Origin: Vulcanimicrobiota bacterium
GTDB taxonomy: Bacteria > Vulcanimicrobiota > Vulcanimicrobiia > Vulcanimicrobiales > Vulcanimicrobiaceae
Reading direction: 5' to 3'
NCBI GenBank assembly: GCA_963833095.1
Contig: CAWHWQ010000001.1
Location: forward strand, 576,001 to 640,000
Length of the DNA: 64,000 bases
Below, in pieces: positions 19,583-30,103 of the stretch. The notes beneath the pieces are model-generated. The model was not told where the DNA came from. It saw nothing but the letters and a program-made list of their open reading frames with translations, and did no database searches. The position numbers and the translations under genes are program-made. Position 1 is the first letter of the stretch. Every line of letters begins with the position of its first letter.

Positions 19583-20177
19583 GTACGGCGTCGATCACGA
19601 GTTTGGCCGAGCCATCCGTTCCAAAGCTCGACGTATCGATCGCAAGGTCGACGATCGCGGGCGAGCCGATCTCGACGTTGTACCAATCGCGCAGATGCGC
19701 GCGACGCGCCCGGTCGATGCGATCGACCTCGCTCGCGGCGGCTTTCTGCTCCAGCCCGAGGTCGGCCATGATCCGTTCGACGCGCCAATCGCGCGGCGCG
19801 TACATAAACACGCGCACGACGTCGGGGCGCCGCCCGAGGATTGCGCCCGCGCCGCGCCCGACAATGACCGCGTTCCCGCGCGCGGCGAACTCCCGAACCG
19901 CCTCTTGCACCTCGCGCGCGTACTCCTCGTCGAAGGTTTGCCCAAATCCGCTTACGGCAACCTCCGGCGTGGCCAGCTCGAGACTCGAAATGAGCCGCGC
20001 CCCCAGTGAACGGCCCGTTTCGTCGACAGCTTGCGCTTGCACCGGCGAAATCTGCATCCGCTTGGCCACAACCACGGGGAGCTGGCCGTCGATCAGCTCA
20101 TACGTGAGCTCGGCCGCGACACGCTGTGCGACGGCAACCGCTCCGCATCCGTACTGGTTGGAGATCGTGACGATCAC
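19572..20177 (-). CDS. Cytidylate kinase-like family protein
   Basis: IVTISNQYGCGA, VIVGRGA and DLAIDTS. Confidence 0.8.
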   Translation of the reverse strand: MIVTISNQYGCGAVAVAQRVAAELTYELIDGQLPVVVAKRMQISPVQAQAVDETGRSLGARLISSLELATPEVAVSGFGQTFDEEYAREVQEAVREFAARGNAVIVGRGAGAILGRRPDVVRVFMYAPRDWRVERIMADLGLEQKAAASEVDRIDRARRAHLRDWYNVEIGSPAIVDLAIDTSSFGTDGSAKLVIDAVHAR

Positions 20178-20194
20178 GCCGAAGAAACTACGCG

Positions 20195-21202
20195 ATGCCC
20201 ATCATCGAAACCCGCGACCTGCGCAAGGTCTTTCGCAGCGTCAAACGTATTCCGGGCCCGCTTGGAGCCGTGCGCACGCTCTTTTCGCGCTCGTACGAGG
20301 ACCGGGTAGCCGTCGGCGGTGTCACGATGGCGCTCGAGCCGGGCGAACTGGTCGGCTACATCGGCCCGAACGGCGCCGGCAAATCGACCACGATCAAAAT
20401 GCTTACCGGCATACTGGTGCCGACCTCGGGGGATGTCCGCGTGGCCGGCGTCGTTCCCTACGAATCGCGACGAGCGAACGCCCGGAACATCGGCGTGGTG
20501 TTCGGCCAGCGCAGTCAGCTCTACTGGGATCTGCCCCTGATCGAGTCGTTCGAGCTGCTGCGCGCGATTTACGGTATTCCGCAAGCTACTTACCGCCGCA
20601 ATCTCGACGAATTCATTGCGCTGCTGCAAATGGACGAATTCTTACGAATCCCGGTTCGCCAACTCTCGCTCGGACAACGCATGCGCGGAGACTTTGCGGC
20701 GGCGATGCTGCACGACCCGAAGATCGTCTATCTCGACGAACCAACGATCGGGCTGGATGTTGTCGCCAAGGAGGCGATCCGCGAATTCATCGCCCGCATC
20801 AACGCCGAGCGGGGAACGACGATCATTCTTACCACGCATGACTTAGCCGATGTGGAACGGCTATGCCGCCGAATCGTCCTGATCGATCGCGGCTTGCTCA
20901 TTTACGATGGCGACGTCGAGCGGATCAAGGGCGAGTACGGTCGCTATCGTACGCTCGTCGTGCGTTTCGAGCACCCGACGCCCTCGCCGCACCTCGACGG
21001 CGCCGAGCTCGAGAGCGGCGATGGACTGATCGCGCGGTTTCGTTTCGACCGAAATCTCCAGCGCGCCGACCTTCTGATCCGTCAGGCAAGCGAACGTTAT
21101 AGCCTCGAGGACGTCACCCTCGAAGAGCCCGACCTGGAATCGATCATCCGGCGGATCTACGTCGAAGGATACGACGCTCGCGCGCAGGAGAGCCTACTAT
21201 GA
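20195..21202 (+). CDS. ABC transporter ATP-binding protein (ABC-2 exporter)
   Basis: GPNGAGKS, LSLGQ, YLDEPT and TTH. Confidence 0.95.
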   Translation: MPIIETRDLRKVFRSVKRIPGPLGAVRTLFSRSYEDRVAVGGVTMALEPGELVGYIGPNGAGKSTTIKMLTGILVPTSGDVRVAGVVPYESRRANARNIGVVFGQRSQLYWDLPLIESFELLRAIYGIPQATYRRNLDEFIALLQMDEFLRIPVRQLSLGQRMRGDFAAAMLHDPKIVYLDEPTIGLDVVAKEAIREFIARINAERGTTIILTTHDLADVERLCRRIVLIDRGLLIYDGDVERIKGEYGRYRTLVVRFEHPTPSPHLDGAELESGDGLIARFRFDRNLQRADLLIRQASERYSLEDVTLEEPDLESIIRRIYVEGYDARAQESLL

Positions 21203-21954
21203 TTCTTTCGAGCGGAACCAAGAAACCGAAGATCCATCCGAGCGCCTACGTCGCGCCCACCGCGACGCTCAGCGGCGACGTGACCGTTGGGGCCGGGTGT
21301 GCGATCCTACATGGCGCAGTGATAACCGCCGAGGGCGCGTCCGTAACCGTCGGTAGTGATACCGTGGTGATGGAGCATGCGGTGATCAAAGCGAGCGGAG
21401 GCAGCGCGACGCAGTTTCCCGTCAAGATCGGCGAGCGCTGTATCATCGGACCGCACGCCTACGTCGTCGGCGCAACGATCGGCGCTGGCTGCTTCATCGC
21501 GAGCGGCAGCCGTGTCTTCAATGGCGCTGTGATGGAGGAGGGCAGCGGCGTCGCGCTCGGTGGAATCGTCCACATCAATGCGCATCTCCTCAAGAATGCC
21601 AGCGTCCCGATGCAGCACATCGCCTACGGCAATCCCGCCAAGATCGTATCGCCTGAGAAAGCTCCAGAAGTCGCTCGGGATCTGCAGTTCTACGAAAACG
21701 TCTTCAACATCGACAGCGGTGAGGGCGCTCGTGCCAAGGCAGCGCAAACGTACGCGCAATTCCTACGCAAGACGCACGCGCAGGATACCGTACTTGATGC
21801 GCACGCGAATAAGGCGCCCGTGCGCCGGAGCTCCGGCGAAGAGCCGCCGAAGCAGCAAACGACGGAAGTCGATACCGTTGTCGACGCGATGATGCTCGAA
21901 CTCCAAGAGATGGAACACCGCCGGCAAGAAGGGCTCAAGAAAAAGCCCAAGTGA
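21199..21954 (+). CDS. Gamma carbonic anhydrase-like / hexapeptide-repeat protein
   Basis: PKIHPSAYVAPTA.LSGDVTVG and left-handed beta-helix repeats. Confidence 0.8.
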   Translation: MILSSGTKKPKIHPSAYVAPTATLSGDVTVGAGCAILHGAVITAEGASVTVGSDTVVMEHAVIKASGGSATQFPVKIGERCIIGPHAYVVGATIGAGCFIASGSRVFNGAVMEEGSGVALGGIVHINAHLLKNASVPMQHIAYGNPAKIVSPEKAPEVARDLQFYENVFNIDSGEGARAKAAQTYAQFLRKTHAQDTVLDAHANKAPVRRSSGEEPPKQQTTEVDTVVDAMMLELQEMEHRRQEGLKKKPK

Positions 21955-22742
21955 ATCTCGAGCCATACATCGAATTCGCCAAAAAAGCTTTTGCGCGCGA
22001 GTCGACCTATCGCCTCGAGGTGCTGACCGAAGTCGGGTCGCTGGTCCTGCGCGTCTACCTGCTGCGCTCGCTGTGGACGGCGCTTTACTCGCAAAACGCG
22101 ATGCCGCTGAATCTGCCGCTGCACAGCATGATTACGTATGCGACGGTTGCGCTCCTGATGTCTTTGATTCTCGAAGTCGACGGCACACGTTTGATTCGCG
22201 AGAAGCTGCGCGAAGGCACGATTGCGACCGACCTGATGAAGCCGATTAGCTTGCCGCTCTACTTCTTCGCCGACGGTGTCGGCCAGACGCTACTGCACGC
22301 CCTGCTCGTCATACCGTCGCTGCTCTTTGCGCTGTTGCTCGTGCGCATCGACGTCCCGGGGCCGGCAACGCTGGCGGTCTTTCTGCTCGCGTTTTTGCTC
22401 GGATATTGCGTCAATTTTTTCATCAATTTCTTGATGAACTCGGTAGCGTTCTGGACGCTCGAAACCTTCGCGATTCAACTGATCGTGCGCTGGGTGTCGG
22501 ATCTGCTTTCGGGACAAATCATACCGCTGACGTTCTTTCCGGGAATCTTCGGAACGATCGTCTTTGCGTTGCCGTTCGCAGCGGTGTACTCGACACCGCT
22601 GCTCATTTACGTCGGGGTCATCGCGCCCTCGCAGTGGGCGTTCGCGCTGGGCATACAAGCCGCATGGCTGGTGCTCTTCAGCGGACTCTCGGCTCTAGTG
22701 TGGCAAGCAGCCGAAAGGAGGGTGGTGATTCAGGGTGGGTGA
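21951..22742 (+). CDS. ABC-2 family permease
   Basis: REGTIATDLMKP, LSGQIIPL and C-terminal VIQGG. Confidence 0.9.
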   Translation: MNLEPYIEFAKKAFARESTYRLEVLTEVGSLVLRVYLLRSLWTALYSQNAMPLNLPLHSMITYATVALLMSLILEVDGTRLIREKLREGTIATDLMKPISLPLYFFADGVGQTLLHALLVIPSLLFALLLVRIDVPGPATLAVFLLAFLLGYCVNFFINFLMNSVAFWTLETFAIQLIVRWVSDLLSGQIIPLTFFPGIFGTIVFALPFAAVYSTPLLIYVGVIAPSQWAFALGIQAAWLVLFSGLSALVWQAAERRVVIQGG

Positions 22743-22765
22743 GCGCGAGCGAAGCCGCGCGACTG

Positions 22766-23492
22766 TTAATCGACCCCGGGGACATCCCAGAGGACGAGTT
22801 CGCCGCGGCCCTTGACCGCCAGTCGCGCCACGTCGTAGAAGCGAATCGCGTCGCCTTTTTGCAGCGCCTCGCCGTTGGCTTCGATCTTACCGTCGTCAAC
22901 GAAGAGAAAGCCGAAACGGTTCGGCGCGAACTCATAGACGGCTCGTCTGTCCTCGATCCGTGAGACTCTAGCGTCGCATCCTGCGTGATGCGAATCGGCG
23001 CGTCGACGCCGTCCTGGCCGCTGACGATCCGCAGCCAGCGTATTGTGCGATCTTCGGGCGCGAAATCCATCTGCCCGTAGGCCGGCGCCTCGCCGGTTTT
23101 GCCGGGCAGCACCCACATCTGCACAAAATGGAGCTGGCGCCATCGGACGGCGTTGAACTCGCTGTGACGCACGCCCGTGCCCGCGCTCATAAACTGCACG
23201 CCGCCCGGACCGACGACGCCGTCGTTGCCGAGCAGTCCTTGTGGGCGAGCTCGCCCGTCGAACACATAGGTCACGATCTCCATGTCGCGGTGCGGATGCG
23301 GCGGAAAGCCTGCGCCGCCCGCGACGCGTGTCGTCGTTGAAGACGCGCAGCGCACCCCAGTTCTCGATTCTCCGGATCGAAGTAGTCGGCAAAGCTGAAC
23401 GAATGGTACGTCTTGAGCCAGCCGTGATGGAAAAAGCGTGATAGCTTCGCCGAACGCTGGATCGAAAACGTCGGCGGCATCGAGGTCTTCAT
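22766..23492 (-). pseudogene. Pirin family protein with multiple frameshifts
   Basis: HGWLKTYHSFSFADY, WGALRVFNDD, GFPPHPHRDMEIVTYV and MSAGTGVRHSEFN are spread over three frames. Confidence 0.85.
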
Positions 23493-23511
23493 GGTAGCTG
23501 CCTCAGACACC

Positions 23512-24394
23512 CTACTCGGGGGTCAGGTTGCGCAGCCGCCCGAGCAACAGGTGGTAGTAGAGCATCCCGCGCGTCGGGCCGAGTACGTCGAGCACCGCAT
23601 CCAAATCGAGCGTCTGGTCGCCCGAAAGCAGCTTGACCGTGCGGGCCACGCCCGAGTCGCGCATCGGAAAGATATCGAGACGGCCGAAGCCGCGCAGCAG
23701 CACAACGGAGGCGCTCCACGGCCCGATCCCGCGCATGCGCGTACGAGCGATTCGGCGGCCTGCGCGGTCGGGAGCGCCTCGAGCTCCCGTCTCGTCGACC
23801 GGCCGTCGAGCGCGCGTCGCGACCGCGCGCAGATGCGCGACCTTGTTGGTCGAGAGCCCGCGGCGCGCAGCTGCGCTTCGGCTCGGCGAGCACGCGCCGC
23901 GGCCCGGGAAACGGTACGCAGATCGACGCCGGCGACGTCGAACGGCGTAGCCGATGAGCGCTCGACCACGCGGCGCATGATCGCCGCCGCGGCGTGGATG
24001 CTGATCTGCTGAAAGACGATCGCGTGCGCGCACGCCTCCCAAGCGTCGGGTAGCGCGGCGGCTTAACGCCGCGCAGCGCGCTGCGCGAGCGGCGCAAGCC
24101 ACGGCACGCGCGCGCCGCGCGTGCGCATCCATGGCGGCAGATCGACCTCGACTCCAAGCATCCGCGCGACGAGCGCGCGCACGTGCGCTCGGCCGAGCCT
24201 TCGCGTCGCTTGCACGCACAGATCCGCGCGCGTCCGGCTGCGTGACGCGCACCGCGACGAGCGCCGTGCCTCGTCGGCGAAGGCGCGCGATAGTACGTGC
24301 CGTCGTCGCCGACGACGTCGACGGCGTTGGTCGCGAGCCGGCGCAGCGCATCCGCCGTCAGATCGAGACGAAACGGCGCGCGGACGGGGAGCAC
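23512..24394 (-). pseudogene. alkA: DNA-3-methyladenine glycosylase II (AlkA family) with multiple frameshifts
   Basis: PFRLDLT, GVKPPRYPT, GLSTNK, and HhH motif RGIGPWSA...DIFPMRD in different frames. Confidence 0.75.
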
Positions 24395-24401
24395 GCTCGC
24401 A

Positions 24402-25213
24402 ATGTTGGAAACACGTCTCGATGGTCGGAGCCTATCTGCAGTACTGGCGCGTGAACTTCCTGACGATGCTCGAGTACCGGGCCAACTTCATCATGTGGTT
24501 CGGTTCACCATCGTCTATCACGGCGTCGCGCTCGGCGCGCTGTACGTAACGATGCAACGTTCCCCTCGATGAACGGCTGGGATTTCCGCCAGATGTTCTT
24601 TCTGTACGCGCTCTGGATGACTCGGGCACGAATTCCACAACGTTTCTTCTTCAATGTGGTTGCCGTGCCGGATTACGTCCGCGAAGGCCGCTTCGACCGC
24701 TTCCTCGTGCGCCCGCTCGACACGCTCTTTCAAGCGCTGACCGTCCCGCAGCAAATCTCGCCCGACGGAATCGTGATTGCCATCGCTACGCTCGCCGTCG
24801 CTACTGCTACGGCGCGCGTTCACGTCGACTGGATTTTCGTGGTCTTCGTGCCGCTGGTCGTGCTCGGCGGCGCGCTGATCGATCTCGGCATCTCGCTGGT
24901 CGTCGCGACGATTTCGTTCTGGTTCATACGCGTCGACACGCTGCGCTGGGTCGTCATGTCGCTCGAGCAGGACTTCACCCGCTATCCGATCAGCATCTAC
25001 ACGCGCGGCGTGCAGATCGTGCTGGCGTTCGTCCTCCCGTTCGCCTTCATGAACTACTTTCCGGCGACGTTCTTCTTGCAGAAGGCCGAAACCGGACTTC
25101 ATCTCAATCCCGCCGTCGGTCTGCTGACGCCCGCGATCGGCGTCGTGTGGGTCTCGATCGCGTATTTATTTTGGCAGACGGGTCTACGCCACTATCAGGG
25201 AACGGGATCGTGA
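24402..25213 (+). pseudogene. Second ABC-2 permease, frameshifted in the 5' part
   Basis: MLEYRANF, NGW, VREGRFDRFLVRP, YPISIY and YQGTGS. Confidence 0.85.
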
Positions 25214-26082
25214 ATCGGCAAGCATTTCTTCTGGCCGGCGGTGCATTTGCCGTGGCACCGCTGCGCGCGCGAGCGTCATCGTATACTCGTGTCGAGGCAA
25301 TTGCGCACGGGGTTCCGGGGGTGGTCGGCGCCTATTGCCGCACGCTGGCCGATGGGCCGCCGCTCTTTGCCTTTAACGAACATGTCGTGTTTCCAACCGC
25401 GTCAACGATCAAGGCGCTCATCATGGTCACCGCCTTCGTCGAAGAGGAGCATCGTCCAGGAACGCTCGACGAGCGCATTACCACGCACCGTGGCGAGCTC
25501 ATCGGCGGCTCGGATTTTATGTCGCAACAGCCCGACGGCGCGCGATTTACCGTGCGCGAGTTGATCGTGCCGATGATCACCCTCAGCGATAACACCGCGA
25601 GCAATTACCTCATCTCTTTTTTCGGAATGCCGGCGATTAACGCCGTTGGCGCGCGCCTGAAGATGAATCAGACTCGGCTCGCGCGGCACTTTCTCGATTT
25701 CGCGGCGATCGTACACCACAACGACAACGTGACCACGCCGGCTGATATGTCAAAACTGCTCTTCGCCATCGCCAGCGGCGCCCGCGAGGAAAGGGCCACG
25801 ATCTGTTTGCCCGAGCATTGCAAAGCGATGATCCAGATCATGCTACGTCAGACGGACCGCGACAAAATCCCCGCCGGCCTGCCGGCCGGGGTTCCGGTTG
25901 CAAACAAGACCGGCGAACTCGACGGCAGCCGCAGCGATATCGCAATCGTGGAGCCATTCGGCGATTCGCCCTATATCTTAACGGTTTACAGCAAATGGTT
26001 GCAGGAATATCCGCCGGTCTATAATGCGTTCCATCGCTTTGCGCGTCTTTCATATGGATTAGTGGGAAAAACGGACCTATAA
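25210..26082 (+). CDS. Class A beta-lactamase-like serine hydrolase
   Basis: STIK, SDN and KTG motifs; Tat-like leader NRQAFL. Confidence 0.85.
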   Translation: MNRQAFLLAGGAFAVAPLRARASSYTRVEAIAHGVPGVVGAYCRTLADGPPLFAFNEHVVFPTASTIKALIMVTAFVEEEHRPGTLDERITTHRGELIGGSDFMSQQPDGARFTVRELIVPMITLSDNTASNYLISFFGMPAINAVGARLKMNQTRLARHFLDFAAIVHHNDNVTTPADMSKLLFAIASGAREERATICLPEHCKAMIQIMLRQTDRDKIPAGLPAGVPVANKTGELDGSRSDIAIVEPFGDSPYILTVYSKWLQEYPPVYNAFHRFARLSYGLVGKTDL

Positions 26083-26134
26083 GAAGGCTCCCCTCGCGCA
26101 GGACTTCGCCACCCACCGCGCGGTATTGCATGTC

Positions 26135-27928
26135 ATGAAACGGGCGCTTTGCATTGCCCCTGCGTTGCTATTAGCGGCGTGTGGTGGAGGTGGTAGTGGT
26201 CCTGCGGCATTGCCGCAGCCGCGCAGCAGTGCTGCCGCGAAGGACGTTACCGCCACGGCGAAGATAACGATTCCGAGCGCCGGCTCGACCAGCAACCGCG
26301 CTCTGAGAAAAATTTACGACACGGCGTCCACGACGCAAGGCATTTTGCTCACGGTCTATCCGGTGAGTGGAACGCCGTCGCAAGTCATCACGGTCGCCGG
26401 CGGTGATATCTCGGGCGACGCCGCGTCGAATTGCACGGCAAACGGCAGCGGCCGTGTCTGCACCGTCTCATTCCCGGCTCCGCCGGGCAACAGCAATCTG
26501 CTCGCGCAAACCTACACGCAAATCATTCCCGGCGGCGGCACGGTTCCCGGCGGCGCGCAAGTGCTCGGGGCTGGAAGCACGCCGATCTCGATTTCGGTTA
26601 ACCCGGCAAGCGGCGTCAACAACGTCAACCTCACGCTCAATCCCGTGCTCGCAAGCGTCAACCTGACGCCGGTTCCCTCGTCGCTGCGCGCGCTTTTGCC
26701 CGCGACCTTCGGCGTCTCGGTTGTTGGCCTGGACGCGAGCGGCAGCATCATCGTCGCCGGCCAGTATGTCGATAGCAATGGGAATCCCGTGTCAGCGTCG
26801 CTCGCGTTCGGATCGAATCCAAACAGCTCTTTAGCGCTGTCGACAAGCACGGTGAGCGTGCCGGGGACGACCGTCACCGGTACGTACAACGGCAACGACG
26901 ACGTCGCCGGAAATGCCAGCGCGTCGATCGCTATCACGAGCGCTGCGCCGTTTGCCGCAACCGGCACGCTGACGATGCACGGGCCGACCGTAACGCCGAT
27001 GGCGTCGGCGCAGCCCTACCTCGCGGGCACGCCGCCGCCGTACGCCAACGCGCTCTACGTCAACGTCAACGGCAGCGATCCCCAGATCTGGTACACCGCC
27101 GCGAACAGCGGCACAACGTGCCTGGCAAACTACGACATCGCAAGCGCGAACGGCGCGTGCGCGACCGCTTCACCCGGTCCCGCCGGCCTGAGCACCGACG
27201 GTTCGAGTTACGTGTATGCCGCAGGCGCGACCGCGCCGTTTTACTACCAATTCAATCCGCTCGGATTCCTCACGCAAATCAATTCGTGCAGCACGTACTG
27301 CGGGTCGTCCAGCGGTTCGGCTTACTCTCCGACGAATCACGCACTCTACTACGTGGATAGCAGCGGCCAAGCGGTTGTGATGTATAATCCGCAGAGCGGT
27401 GGCAACGGCGCGCTGGCGGCGGGGGGAGTCGGTGGAACGCCCGAGGCCGTCCAAGTCGAAACGGTCAGCGGAACCGACAGCGTCTGGTTCTTGTCGTCGA
27501 CCGCTTTGTTCGTCGAAAGCCTGGGCTCAGGGATCTTAGCCACGAGTCCGCCGAGCGGAATGCTCGACCTGTACGGGACCGCTGACGGATCCGCCGCGTA
27601 CGTGACCGTGCCCGCGAGCAACGCGATAGCGGTCTTTACCTACAGCTCGAACCTCTCCGTCAGCCAATCGTATTCCACCACCCAAGGTGCGCCGCAATAT
27701 CTCGCCGGTTCATCCGACGGGAATTCGGTTTGGTTCAGCGAGACGACCGCCGGCGGCATCGGCGTTGGGCGCATCGACCTGGTCAACCAACGCGTCAATG
27801 AGTCGCAGATTGCGACCGGCGGTGGAATCGCCGGCGGCATCGCGCTCAATCCCAACAGCGACGCGATATACATCTTGGAATGGTCGGGCACGGCGTCACC
27901 GGGCCAAATCTACCAGGTGACGCCATGA
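26135..27928 (+). CDS. Large S/T/G-rich lipoprotein with C-terminal beta-propeller (type A)
   Basis: LLLAACGGG lipobox; propeller-like repeats such as DGNSVWFSE. Confidence 0.8.
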   Translation: MKRALCIAPALLLAACGGGGSGPAALPQPRSSAAAKDVTATAKITIPSAGSTSNRALRKIYDTASTTQGILLTVYPVSGTPSQVITVAGGDISGDAASNCTANGSGRVCTVSFPAPPGNSNLLAQTYTQIIPGGGTVPGGAQVLGAGSTPISISVNPASGVNNVNLTLNPVLASVNLTPVPSSLRALLPATFGVSVVGLDASGSIIVAGQYVDSNGNPVSASLAFGSNPNSSLALSTSTVSVPGTTVTGTYNGNDDVAGNASASIAITSAAPFAATGTLTMHGPTVTPMASAQPYLAGTPPPYANALYVNVNGSDPQIWYTAANSGTTCLANYDIASANGACATASPGPAGLSTDGSSYVYAAGATAPFYYQFNPLGFLTQINSCSTYCGSSSGSAYSPTNHALYYVDSSGQAVVMYNPQSGGNGALAAGGVGGTPEAVQVETVSGTDSVWFLSSTALFVESLGSGILATSPPSGMLDLYGTADGSAAYVTVPASNAIAVFTYSSNLSVSQSYSTTQGAPQYLAGSSDGNSVWFSETTAGGIGVGRIDLVNQRVNESQIATGGGIAGGIALNPNSDAIYILEWSGTASPGQIYQVTP

Positions 27929-30018
27929 AGCGCAGCATCGCCGCGCTGCTCGCGGTATCATTGCTTTCTGCATGCGGCGGTGGCGGTGCGTCGTCGCTGC
28001 CTCCAACCGCATCGCACGGATCGGGCGCGTCCGGCAAGAGCGTGAAGATGACGCTCGTCGTTCCCGCACCGTCGTCCTCGGCGTCATCGGCGCGCAAGCC
28101 AGCTTATATTTCACCGTCGGCGCTCGGCGCGCAGGTGAGCGTCACCGGTGCCGGTGGTGGGAGCGCGCAGACCGTCCTCGATCTGTCGTCGAGTTCGACG
28201 ATCTGCACAACGACCGGCGGTCAACGCAGTTGCAGCGCGAACGTCACGGCCCCGCTCGACAACGACACCTTCGTCGTCGAAATCTACGATACGTCACCGG
28301 TCAACGGCGTGATTCCCTCGAGCGCGCACGCGCTCGGCCTCGCCGCAGTCACCCAAACGATCACCCTCAGCTTCACCGGCACGCTGGTCATCGCGGTTGG
28401 CGGCGTGGTCTCGAGCATCGGTCTGCAGTCGACATTCCTGTCGGTTGCGCCAAATGGACAACCGCAGTCAGTCGGCATCGCCGTGAATCCGACGGACTTC
28501 GGGAACAATCCGATCGTCACCGGAACCACCAGCCCCTTTGCCAATCCGATCACCGCGATCGTAGCGGAAGTGGGCGGCAGCGGGCATATGTCGCTCGTGC
28601 TTAACGGCACGAACGTCGGTACAACGGCGACGCTCAAACAATCGACCGACACGCTGTCGGTCGCCTACGACGGCGGCGGAAGCGCAGGCTACGGCGGCAC
28701 AATCGAACTTTCAGCAGCCAATGCAACGGCGGAAACCTTCGTGCTCGCGCCGATGTACCTCACCAGCACGTCGCCGTACTACGCGAGCGGTTCACTCGGC
28801 CTACTCGGAACGGCAACCGGTGTGCCATTCACCATTACGGAGGCTAACGCACCTCTGGCCAACGCGTATACCGCAACCGCGAGCGGCTGCACCAACATCG
28901 CGACGGTCTCGAGCGTGAACATGGGGCTTTCCAATCCCGACGGCAGCGTTAAAATCGGGACGTTTACCGCTACGGGCGCATCGAGCGGCGGCACCGGCTG
29001 CAGCATCACCGTGAGCGACGGCATCACCAGCATCGCCATTCCGACGACGAATACCCCAAGCCAGGGCAGCGTCGTACTTTCGGGTGAATCGATTGCGGAA
29101 TACGCGCTGCCGACCTCCTCTCCGCCGCCTTCGTCCACGCCTTCGCCTTCACCGGCGCCGTACGCCATTGTTGCGGGTCCCGACGGGCGCATGTGGTTCT
29201 CAAACATCAGCAATAGCGGCGTCGGCGCGATCACGACCAGCGGTGCAATAACCTCGTATTTGTTGCCGGGTGATCTGTACGCCGCGCTCACGGTGGGAAG
29301 TGACGGCAACATTTGGGGCGCGGACGCGAACACGGTTACGATCGACAAGATCCTTGTGCCGAGCGGCGCACTCTTCGCCCAATATCACACCAGCTACGGG
29401 CCGGTTGGGATCACCAACGGCCCCGACGGCAACGTCTGGTTTACCGAAGCCAGCGGATGTTGCAGCGGCATGGTCGGCTACGTCACACCCGGCGGCACGC
29501 TCACGGAATTTCCGATCGTCGATTCAAGTCCCAACCCGGGCGGTATCGTGACGGTCGGAAGCAATCTCTGGTTCTGCGACAACGCAGCCGGCGGCAGAGT
29601 CATCGATCAAGTCACGACAAGCGGAATCGTAACGGACGTCACCGCCGCGCTCCCGCAGCCATGCAATACCCTCGCGGTCGAACCGGATGGCCTTTACGTC
29701 TGGGCTACGACCGGATTCCAAGGCGGGACGTATCCAGGTATCATGCGCATCAGCGTGTCAACCGGCGCGGTGAATCAATATGCGCTCACCGGGACATCGC
29801 AATCCGTCGCCGCGGCCGCAAACGGCATCATGTACGTCACGGAGGTCACGGCTTCGGGCGGGATGCTCGCGCAAATTCCCCAAGCATCGCCGGCGAGCTT
29901 CACGGAAATCCCTATCCCGACGAGCGCTGCGACGCCGTACGGCATTGCTGCGGGTCCGGACGGACGCATCTGGTTCACCGAATCCAACGAGAGTAAGATC
30001 GGCGCGCTCAGCCCCTAG
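27925..30018 (+). CDS. Lipoprotein with Vgb-like beta-propeller (type B)
   Basis: LLSACGGG; GPDGRMWF, GPDGNVWFTE and GPDGRIWFTE repeats. ATGA overlap with the previous gene. Confidence 0.85.
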   Translation: MKRSIAALLAVSLLSACGGGGASSLPPTASHGSGASGKSVKMTLVVPAPSSSASSARKPAYISPSALGAQVSVTGAGGGSAQTVLDLSSSSTICTTTGGQRSCSANVTAPLDNDTFVVEIYDTSPVNGVIPSSAHALGLAAVTQTITLSFTGTLVIAVGGVVSSIGLQSTFLSVAPNGQPQSVGIAVNPTDFGNNPIVTGTTSPFANPITAIVAEVGGSGHMSLVLNGTNVGTTATLKQSTDTLSVAYDGGGSAGYGGTIELSAANATAETFVLAPMYLTSTSPYYASGSLGLLGTATGVPFTITEANAPLANAYTATASGCTNIATVSSVNMGLSNPDGSVKIGTFTATGASSGGTGCSITVSDGITSIAIPTTNTPSQGSVVLSGESIAEYALPTSSPPPSSTPSPSPAPYAIVAGPDGRMWFSNISNSGVGAITTSGAITSYLLPGDLYAALTVGSDGNIWGADANTVTIDKILVPSGALFAQYHTSYGPVGITNGPDGNVWFTEASGCCSGMVGYVTPGGTLTEFPIVDSSPNPGGIVTVGSNLWFCDNAAGGRVIDQVTTSGIVTDVTAALPQPCNTLAVEPDGLYVWATTGFQGGTYPGIMRISVSTGAVNQYALTGTSQSVAAAANGIMYVTEVTASGGMLAQIPQASPASFTEIPIPTSAATPYGIAAGPDGRIWFTESNESKIGALSP

Positions 30019-30103
30019 GGAACATTGGACGAAGGAGGCGGCCCCTAAACTGCCAAGAGCTTAGTGACGCTGGTCGCTTTGCAACCAGCGTGGAGGCCGT
30101 CTG

